From: an uncultured Nitrospinota bacterium
GTDB taxonomy: Bacteria > Nitrospinota > Nitrospinia > Nitrospinales > JAJDAT01
Assembly: GCA_964344185.1 (NCBI GenBank)
Contig: CAYFMN010000009.1
Coordinates: forward strand, 19,023-83,022
Direction: 5' to 3'
Length of the DNA stretch: 64,000 nt
The notes below the pieces were generated by a model. That model ran no database searches. It was not told the DNA's origin and saw only the letters and a program-made list of their open reading frames with translations. Below, one piece after another: positions 56,717 through 64,000 of this stretch; positions within the stretch are counted from its first letter, which is position 1; each line of letters starts with the position of its first letter. The position numbers were made by a program, and so were the translations under genes.

Positions 56717-57997
56717 TTATTGCCTTTTATCTCGCTTTTTATCTGAAACATAGCTTCTATTTTTCATTTCATCAGGAAGGTATTGTTGTTCGACATAGTT
56801 GCCGGGAAATTGGTGAGGGTATTTATAATCTACTCCGTAACCATATTTTTTTGCATCTTTGTAATGCACGTCCTTCAAATGTTCGGGAACCGGAAATGAC
56901 AATCCTTTATTCTGAATATCGTTTAAAGCTTCATCGATTGCAACTATTGCCGAATTATCTTTGGGAGCTTTAGCGACGTAAATCACCGCTTGCGCCAATG
57001 GAATACGCGCTTCGGGCATTCCTAATTTTTCAGCTGCTTCAGCGGCTGTTAAGGCAACTTTCAAAGCGTTGGGATCGGCCAAACCAACATCTTCCGACGC
57101 TGTTACTATCAAACGGCGGGCAATAAATTTAAGGTCTTCCCCGCCCGCGATCATCTTAGCTAACCAATAAATTGCGGCGTCAGGATCAGACCCGCGCAAG
57201 CTTTTTTGAAACGCCGAGGCGTGATCGTAATGTTCCCCTCCCCCTTTATCATATATAACGGCCGTTCTTTGTACAATTCCTAAAATGGTAGACTGATCGA
57301 CCTTTTTAATCTTACCGACATTAATAAAAGCAAAAGCCGCTTCCAAAATATTTAGAGCTTTCCTACCATCTCCATTTGCTAATGCCACTATTAATCTGAT
57401 AGCGTCTTCTTCAATAGTCTCTTCACTTGCATCTAATCCATACTTTTTATCCCGCAAAGCCCGATAAATTAAATCGGTAACTTGTTTGGGTTGTAAATAC
57501 TCCAACCTAAAGATTTGACAACGGGAACGTAAAGCCGGAATCACTTCGATAGATGGGTTTTCCGTTGTCGCTCCAATCAAACGAATGGTTCCATTTTCCA
57601 CTACAGGCAAAACAGCGTCTTGTTGCGTTTTATTGAACCTGTGAATTTCGTCAATGAATAATACGGTAGGACCGGAATAAGAATTTTTAGCTTTTTCAGC
57701 TTGAGCGATTATTTTCCTAAGCTCTGGAACGCCAGCATTAACTGCGCTGATTTCAAAAAATGGACTCTTTCCTATCTTTGCCGTTAATCGCGCAACCGTT
57801 GTCTTTCCACAGCCAGGCGGACCCCATAGAATAAAAGAAAAATTAGACCCAGACTCGATTAGTTGTCGTAAAGGCTTCCCCTGACTTAGAATATGATCTT
57901 GGCCTAAAAACTCTTGCCAGTCGGTTGGCCGCATCCTCTCTGCAAGCGGTCCCATAGACTTTTTAGAAGTCGTTTCAATATCGGAAAATAAATCCAT
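56717..57997 (-). CDS. rarA: replication-associated recombination protein A
   Basis: 426 aa. Walker [21 protein letters not shown]-terminal MgsA domain ([20 protein letters not shown]). Confidence 0.95.
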   Translation of the reverse strand: MDLFSDIETTSKKSMGPLAERMRPTDWQEFLGQDHILSQGKPLRQLIESGSNFSFILWGPPGCGKTTVARLTAKIGKSPFFEISAVNAGVPELRKIIAQAEKAKNSYSGPTVLFIDEIHRFNKTQQDAVLPVVENGTIRLIGATTENPSIEVIPALRSRCQIFRLEYLQPKQVTDLIYRALRDKKYGLDASEETIEEDAIRLIVALANGDGRKALNILEAAFAFINVGKIKKVDQSTILGIVQRTAVIYDKGGGEHYDHASAFQKSLRGSDPDAAIYWLAKMIAGGEDLKFIARRLIVTASEDVGLADPNALKVALTAAEAAEKLGMPEARIPLAQAVIYVAKAPKDNSAIVAIDEALNDIQNKGLSFPVPEHLKDVHYKDAKKYGYGVDYKYPHQFPGNYVEQQYLPDEMKNRSYVSDKKRDKRQ

Positions 57998-58094
57998 CGA
58001 AATTAATTATATAAATGAATTAAAGTATTAATTTAACACACGCTAAGGAAGGGTTCATTTAATAAATAAACTTTTGGATCAGATTGGATTCGAA

Positions 58095-59777
58095 CTAAAA
58101 ATCCATTTTTTCCAGACACCTTATTCCTTTTTGCAGAGGCCCCCATGTAGTCGCAATTGAGAGTAAAACCGCTAACCCATAACAAACTGGAACATCCAAA
58201 CCGCCTACGGAACGTAATAAAAATTTTTGATTAAAATGCACATATAAAGGTCTGGCCTCTAGTATCACGATTGCTCCAACGAACGCTAATCCAAAAATCA
58301 TGAATAAAAAACCTCCCGTTCCAGCGGTTATTTCAGATACGTTTTCATGACGGAACTCTGGAAAAATAGCGCCCATCCCTAACCCTAAGCCTGTTAATCC
58401 CAAAGAAACTAAAAACGCGGCAGAAACTGAAACCGTCATAACATATTGATCCACCTCTAAAATCAAATTAGAAATTACAGTCAGCAGTTCTCCAATAACT
58501 AGTAAAAAAGGAAATAACATCCAAAATTTTGCCAAAAGAAACTGACTCATCGATGTTGGCGACGAATAAATCGTCCAAAATGACCTAGCTTCTAAACTGA
58601 TCGCGGGAAAAACAAAACGCGAAACTAAAGCGGCTAAGACAAACCCAACCAGCCCGATATTCAACACTGAAATAACGTTTTTCATAACGATGTTGAGATG
58701 AGAAAGATTCATAATATTAAATATATAAACCGCTACAATTGCCAAAAGAATAATTGACTGCGTCCATTGGGTCGGATCGCGGGTTAAAGCTTTCAAGTCT
58801 TTGGCCCAAATCGCTTTGGTTACTCCTAAATAACGGTTTGAAGTTTCTTTTTTCTCACCTGATCGTACAAATGTTAAACTATCCTCTGGAGCCTGAGTCG
58901 CTTCTTTAAAAGATTTCCACCCCTCAACATAAATGCTGCGTCCAACGATAAGAAAAATATAAAAACTCGATGCGACAGCTAAAATAAAATATCCAAACGG
59001 GTATATAGCATTGGCAGGGTCGCCTTGAACCCATGCGGTCATTCCTCGAACTATCCAAGAGTTAGGCAAAAAAGCAAAGTCAGGGGCTTTTAGATTTTCC
59101 ACAAACTGAATGATAGATTCTTCTGAAACCTCTTGTCCAAAAAACTTTTCGGGAGACAAGAAACGAATATAGACTATTAATATAACTAAAACGGCAATAC
59201 CTGAAAAAGACAATATTCGGTGAGTCTGTTTTGCGGGAAAATAACGAGCAAGCGTTAACGTCCCGATAATACCTGTAAAACATGGAAGAGCCGTAAATAA
59301 AGGAAAACTTAGCGCTGAAAAGAAGTAATAATTTGAAGGCAGTTGAAAGTAATCTCCATAAGCAAACACAATGGGAATTCCAAATAAAATCGCAATCCAA
59401 GAGCTATGAAACAAACACACTACAAGTCGAGAAACAATTAAAGCTTCTGGTTTTATTGGCAATGCATGAAGGTTATCTAAATCAGAAGAGAGATAAAAAA
59501 TGGAAAGAGAGGAAATAAAACCGGAGAACAATCCTAAAATAATAAGAGTCAAAAAAACTGCATTCAATAATTGGACAATTAATTCATCGCCAACGTCTAA
59601 TGGAAGATCGTCCAAATAGCGAATAGCGTTTAGAAAAAAGGCATAGTCCAAATAAAGAAAACCTAATCCAAGACCAATAACCGTTATCAATCGAAGGAGT
59701 TTTGCGGTATTTAATGGAAAAACGCTGTTTTTAAGGTTTAAAAAATTTATCCTCAGCAATACTCCAATCACATTCAC
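58095..59777 (-). CDS. polytopic membrane protein (ABC-2/exporter-permease-like, tentative)
   Basis: 560 aa with more than 10 TM segments. Overlaps the stop of the upstream hydrolase gene by 4 nt. Confidence 0.6.
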   Translation of the reverse strand: MNVIGVLLRINFLNLKNSVFPLNTAKLLRLITVIGLGLGFLYLDYAFFLNAIRYLDDLPLDVGDELIVQLLNAVFLTLIILGLFSGFISSLSIFYLSSDLDNLHALPIKPEALIVSRLVVCLFHSSWIAILFGIPIVFAYGDYFQLPSNYYFFSALSFPLFTALPCFTGIIGTLTLARYFPAKQTHRILSFSGIAVLVILIVYIRFLSPEKFFGQEVSEESIIQFVENLKAPDFAFLPNSWIVRGMTAWVQGDPANAIYPFGYFILAVASSFYIFLIVGRSIYVEGWKSFKEATQAPEDSLTFVRSGEKKETSNRYLGVTKAIWAKDLKALTRDPTQWTQSIILLAIVAVYIFNIMNLSHLNIVMKNVISVLNIGLVGFVLAALVSRFVFPAISLEARSFWTIYSSPTSMSQFLLAKFWMLFPFLLVIGELLTVISNLILEVDQYVMTVSVSAAFLVSLGLTGLGLGMGAIFPEFRHENVSEITAGTGGFLFMIFGLAFVGAIVILEARPLYVHFNQKFLLRSVGGLDVPVCYGLAVLLSIATTWGPLQKGIRCLEKMDF

Positions 59778-60778
59778 TGCCGAGTCTCCTCCGCCCAGTT
59801 CAAAACAAATTCATCCATCCACCTTCTATCTCCTGAGTCGTTTTTGCTTCTTTCTATATACCCCATATGCCCGCCTTTTTCTGGAGCTATATAAACAACC
59901 GCTTCGCTTCGAGGCCATTCAGTAAAAACCTTTGGCGGAATAAATGGATCGTCTTGGGAACATACAACACAGGTAGGAACTTTGATGTCTTTCATGAATC
60001 TATTGCCGCTACAGGTAGCGTAATATTCCTCTACATCCGCATAACCGTTTATAGGAGCGGTGTACGCTTCGTCAAATTCCCAAATAGTTTTGTATGGTTT
60101 AGTGGGTAAGAATGCATTAGGAAATTTTTCTTTAATGGCTTTAATTTGGTTTCGAATCAATCCCATATAATAGATATTAAAAACTCGATTTCTATTTTCG
60201 TTAGACAGTAGCCAACTAGCCATTCGCAAATCAGCGGGAGGATTAAAGGATAAAGCGCCGCTTATCTGCGATGGAATTGAACGAGTCTCTCCTAAATATT
60301 TTAATAAAATATTACCGCTCAAGGAAAAGCCAACTATCTGCAATTTCGATTCAGAATAAAGGCTGACAATAAATTTTATAACTTCCGCAAAATCATCGCT
60401 AGATCCGCCATTCCATAGCGAATCGCTCATACCCATGCCTGGACCGCTTCCCCGGTGGTTAATTAAAAAAACTCGATAACCAGCTTGATATAATTTTGCG
60501 CCAATTCTTTTCATATACCCGGACCCTGAGCACCCTCCCATCCCATGCGCTAACAAAATAGATCCTTTGTCGCATTTAGTATCACAATACTCAAACAAAG
60601 CTAGAGATACATTTTTATGTATTGGGATTTCTCGGTAAATAGGTTCCGGCAACTCTGATTCGTTTTTAGCCTGAGAAGCAATTATAGTTTGCATTACGCC
60701 TCCAGGAATAAGAGGATGTGGTCTAAATTTTTTCATAGTCAAATTGAGATCGCTTGTCTCACAAATTATAACTTGCAA
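59774..60778 (-). CDS. alpha/beta-fold hydrolase (YheT/COG0429-like)
   Basis: Nucleophile elbow GFSLSG, HGMGG oxyanion region. The ATG at 60736 is a more likely start than the TTG at 60778. Confidence 0.8.
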   Translation of the reverse strand: MQVIICETSDLNLTMKKFRPHPLIPGGVMQTIIASQAKNESELPEPIYREIPIHKNVSLALFEYCDTKCDKGSILLAHGMGGCSGSGYMKRIGAKLYQAGYRVFLINHRGSGPGMGMSDSLWNGGSSDDFAEVIKFIVSLYSESKLQIVGFSLSGNILLKYLGETRSIPSQISGALSFNPPADLRMASWLLSNENRNRVFNIYYMGLIRNQIKAIKEKFPNAFLPTKPYKTIWEFDEAYTAPINGYADVEEYYATCSGNRFMKDIKVPTCVVCSQDDPFIPPKVFTEWPRSEAVVYIAPEKGGHMGYIERSKNDSGDRRWMDEFVLNWAEETRQ

Positions 60779-61347
60779 AATGAAATAGATATCCGAAATA
60801 AGAATAAAGCTAGCGGAATTATATCAACCGCTTAACAATCATGCTAATGGCCATATTTTAGGACACTCTGAAGCAATTTATATAAATTATTTCTTTGATT
60901 TTTATTGATACTCAAGCGCCAGTCATGGGAGGAATTATATCAATCCAACAATTCCCGTAAAAATCTTTCCAAGTAATTAGAAAACATCTTAAAACTTATG
61001 ATTTTATTAAAACCCAAGATATTTTTGAAAAAATAAAAACTTCTTCTTAAAATGGTCCTCAAGTTTTATATTGGGAAACCATAATTTCAGTTGTGCATTT
61101 TTTCATTTTTGATAATTCGCTAAATTCCAGCGAATCTAACTAAATTCTAAATATATCGGATTAAAAAATATTTTAAAATATGTCTCATTAACTGTTTATC
61201 GATATTTAAAGGAGATTCAATTATTCAATAATTTCATAATCAAAAAATATCAGCGAGCGCTTGTTTTTATTTATTTCAACAAATAGTTTCTAAAGTAGGA
61301 GACCTAAAACTTTTTCACTTAAGAGGAAAAATTGAGGAAACCCAAAA

Positions 61348-62088
61348 ATGAAATTAAAAACAACTTTCGATTACGTTCCAATCTTATTGCTTGTAGCATT
61401 TATAAGTATTCAATTCTCCGCAAATTCGTACGCGGTTACTACTCCAAACAAAGACGCATCATTCCAATTTCATGTCCCAATCGCTCCTGGGACCCAGCTC
61501 ATCGATTTCCAAACTCTAAAAGGCTCTAAAAATTTTTTTTCAGGTTATCCTGCCAGGGCAAATAAAAACTTAATTAACGTTGTTATTGAAATTCCAGCGG
61601 GTCAAAATGCAAAGTGGGAAGTGTCTGAAAAAGACGGAAAAATGCATTGGGAAATAAAAAAAGGAAAGCCCAGACTGGTTTCTTATTTACCATACCCATT
61701 TAATTATGGGATGGTTCCCTCTACTCTTCAAACCACTGAAACCGGAGGCGACGGAGACCCGATAGACGTTGCGGTTTTGGGTTCGTCCATCCCAAGAGGC
61801 GCTATAGCAAAGGTTAAGGTGATTGGCGTACTGAGCTTAAAAGACGACGGAGCGAGAGACGACAAGCTGCTTGCCGTTGCAGAAAACAGCCCATTTAGAA
61901 ACTTGGAGTCGCTGACCGAGCTAAAATCAAAATTTCCAGGGGTTCTAGATATTATTGAGACTTGGTTTGTAAATTATAAAGGCCCGGGAAGGATCGTTTC
62001 AAACGGATATCTTGGGAAAACCGAGGCGCAAAAATTATTAAACGAAGCTATCGAGGGTTTTAATAAGAACCATTCCAATAAAAATTAA
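61348..62088 (+). CDS. ppa: family I inorganic pyrophosphatase with N-terminal signal peptide
   Basis: 246 aa. VVIEIPAG..KWE, YPFNYGMVP, DGDPIDV motifs, preceded by a hydrophobic leader (LLLVAFISIQFSANSYA). Confidence 0.9.
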   Translation: MKLKTTFDYVPILLLVAFISIQFSANSYAVTTPNKDASFQFHVPIAPGTQLIDFQTLKGSKNFFSGYPARANKNLINVVIEIPAGQNAKWEVSEKDGKMHWEIKKGKPRLVSYLPYPFNYGMVPSTLQTTETGGDGDPIDVAVLGSSIPRGAIAKVKVIGVLSLKDDGARDDKLLAVAENSPFRNLESLTELKSKFPGVLDIIETWFVNYKGPGRIVSNGYLGKTEAQKLLNEAIEGFNKNHSNKN

Positions 62089-62237
62089 GACAAATTAGTT
62101 AACCAGTGACAGTTGAACAAAAAACATGGGCCTTTTCCTTCAACACTATCAAATGTAAGTTTTCCATTCGTAAGTTTCATTAAACTATTAAAAATGGTCA
62201 ATCCAATACCTACCTCCCTGAACATTTTTCTTGTCCA
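62085..62237 (-). pseudogene. relic of a histidine kinase C-terminus (HATPase_c G2 box to stop)
   Basis: The minus strand reads ..MFREVGIGLTIFNSLMKLTNGKLTFDSVEGKGPCFLFNCHW.. then stop. A TAG lies directly upstream in frame, and the sequence further upstream is frameshifted or degenerate. Confidence 0.5.
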
Positions 62238-62451
62238 AATCTAGCAGAAGGTATTTTTTCTAAAATAAACGCATTTGATGAAATATTTTTTGCGATCTAT
62301 ATTCAAATTCCGCTAACACTTTTTTATCTTTTAATTTTAAAATTATTTAGGTTTAAAACGTTTAATTTGCATCAATTACAAATTAGACTAAGGCGAACTA
62401 AAATAATTACTAAAAATTCTCTTATAACTCTCATAATCATTCGAGTTCCGT

Positions 62452-62817
62452 ATGAAATATGAATTTACCGATCCATTAATTCAAACGATCTCTGGAACAA
62501 TTACGACAAGCGTTGCTGCCGCGATTGTAAAAACTTCTTGGAACATGTTCATTGGAATGATCGTAGGAGAAATTATTGGAATGCTCTTTATGATTATCTT
62601 GATGGTTCCGCTTACCGCAATCTTTGGAGGGTTTGAGATAATGATACCGCTTTTTCTAATAACTATGTCGTGCGGCATGGTTGGAGGAATGCTGGGAACC
62701 TTCGAGCATATCTCGTTAATTCAAGCGACTTTCACTGGAACGGCGATCTCCCTACTAATATATTTATACGTTGCACGGTCCGATAAAAAACTAAAGGGAA
62801 AAATTCATTATGAATGA
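62452..62817 (+). CDS. small membrane protein (121 aa)
   Basis: Three or four hydrophobic helices. Overlaps the next gene by 8 nt. Confidence 0.5.
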   Translation: MKYEFTDPLIQTISGTITTSVAAAIVKTSWNMFIGMIVGEIIGMLFMIILMVPLTAIFGGFEIMIPLFLITMSCGMVGGMLGTFEHISLIQATFTGTAISLLIYLYVARSDKKLKGKIHYE

Positions 62818-63406
62818 TAAACCCAAGGGATATGACCGGGTAGCCAAGTTTTATGACTTCCTTAAAAGCGGAGATTCCAGGCGCTGGAAAGAACCACAAA
62901 CGGACTTTTTCAAAAACCTGAAAGGGAGGGTTTTGTATGTAGGCATTGGAACCGGTCAAGAAATAGTTAACTTTCCACCCAGACTGGACATTGTTGCAAT
63001 TGATATAAGCATCAATATGTTAAAAAATGCCAGTCGTCGTATTGAAGAGTATCCGGGAAAAATTCATTCCATTTTGATGAATACCGAATCCTTGGGGTTT
63101 TGCGACAACACATTTGATTCTATCGTCACAGTTTGCGTTTTTTGCACCGTAGAAAATCCTGTTGAGGGATTTAAAGAACTACGTCGAGTTTTAAAACCGG
63201 GAGGTAAAATCTTTTCGTTCGAACATGTATTGAGTAAAAACCCCATATTTGCGCTGATCCTAAAATATATGAATGAAATTTCTACTCGACTATCAGGAAC
63301 TAGATTGGATAGAGATACAGGAGAAAATATACGGAAAGCCGGTCTCAAAATTGAATCTGAAACCAATATTTATCAAGACATCGTTAAGGCGTTCGTTTCT
63401 TATTAG
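62810..63406 (+). CDS. class I SAM-dependent methyltransferase
   Basis: 198 aa. Motif I VLYVGIGTG, post-I DIS, LKPGGKIF. Confidence 0.85.
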   Translation: MNDKPKGYDRVAKFYDFLKSGDSRRWKEPQTDFFKNLKGRVLYVGIGTGQEIVNFPPRLDIVAIDISINMLKNASRRIEEYPGKIHSILMNTESLGFCDNTFDSIVTVCVFCTVENPVEGFKELRRVLKPGGKIFSFEHVLSKNPIFALILKYMNEISTRLSGTRLDRDTGENIRKAGLKIESETNIYQDIVKAFVSY

Positions 63407-64000
63407 CAATAATGAAATAGTTTTGAATTAATTTTTTACCCGCTAACTGAGAACCTAGCTCTTTTGCCTTTTCTTGACTTTCAAAACTACCAACGCGTAT
63501 TTTATACCAATAACCCCCTCCTCTTCTGGCCGTTTGTACAATATACAAACCATCGACGCCTTTCTTTTTTAATTTAGCTATCATTTTATTCGCTTGCTTC
63601 TTACGAGTCGTAGCGGCTATTTGTAACGTATATTCAACTCGGTTCTTTTTTTGTGGCCTAGCGTCCAAACTAGATTCAACAACCTTTTTAGGAGGAGGTT
63701 CAGAAACAATAGGTTTTGGATTTTTTTGAATTTGAAAAAATATGGCCCCGCTCAGGACAATAACAAATAATGTCGATAGTTTTGCCCATAATCCCAGACG
63801 ACCAAATTGAATGAGCAAATCGATTCCCTTCAATAAAACTTTCTTCGTTCCCTTTTTCAAAAACAAAATCAGCAAACGAATTCCTTCTTTTATTTGACTC
63901 CACCCAGAACGTATCACTCCAAATCTAAACTGTAATCTCTTTAAAGTTTCAAGGTCTTCATCGCCAAATAACTTAACTCGCTTCCACCGTTCGTCAACCC
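63384..64000 (-). CDS. SPOR-domain membrane protein (possibly 5'-partial)
   Basis: C-terminal SPOR fold (YTLQIAATTRKKQANKMIAKLKKKG..YKIRVGSFESQEKAKEL). The track starts it at GTG 63917, but the same frame stays open to the window edge. Confidence 0.75.
   Translation of the reverse strand, partial: VDERWKRVKLFGDEDLETLKRLQFRFGVIRSGWSQIKEGIRLLILFLKKGTKKVLLKGIDLLIQFGRLGLWAKLSTLFVIVLSGAIFFQIQKNPKPIVSEPPPKKVVESSLDARPQKKNRVEYTLQIAATTRKKQANKMIAKLKKKGVDGLYIVQTARRGGGYWYKIRVGSFESQEKAKELGSQLAGKKLIQNYFIIANKKRTP

Noticed and set aside
1-64000. Searched for CRISPR arrays, tRNA/rRNA/tmRNA genes, transposases, integrases, phage genes, reverse transcriptases and known defence modules
   Set aside because: I noticed no regularly spaced direct repeats, no tRNA-like T-arm/acceptor signatures in GC-rich spacers, and no ORF with the corresponding catalytic motifs.

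Overview
This is a 64-kb chromosomal window from an AT-rich, flagellated bacterium. Phylum cannot be assigned from sequence alone. I count about 65 credible protein-coding genes. I recognised no rRNA, tRNA, CRISPR array, transposase, integrase, phage gene or known defence system. Gene content is mostly housekeeping. A non-classical succinate dehydrogenase/fumarate reductase (flavoprotein, Fe-S and HdrB-like CCG subunits) appears co-transcribed with a DASS dicarboxylate symporter. Also present are sucCD, a four-subunit 2-oxoacid:ferredoxin oxidoreductase and ndk. This enzyme set fits a reductive or reversible TCA cycle. Two flagellar loci are present: fliD-fliS and fliL-fliM-fliN. Other genes include amt plus a porin, serB, rarA, scpA, rsmE, folE plus a COG0720 pterin synthase, phoH, comM/yifB and ltaE. 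Several items deserve a second look. (1) Two related families of GC-enriched, hairpin-forming intergenic repeats occur in 5 copies, possibly 6, and show paired substitutions in the stems. I cannot assign them to a known element class. (2) There are signs of gene decay or recoding. An alpha-carbonic anhydrase has one in-frame TAA. An outer-membrane barrel gene has in-frame TAA and TGA. There is a histidine-kinase C-terminal relic, a possible ybeY relic, and an exported protein whose membrane anchor lies upstream of any canonical start codon. (3) A near-consensus sigma-54 promoter with upstream direct repeats drives a pair of EF-hand proteins, next to an orphan NtrC-type activator. (4) Three stand-alone cyclic-nucleotide-binding paralogs and a CNB-HD-GYP fusion lie close to the flagellar loci. 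All functional calls come from motif recognition by eye; no searches were run.
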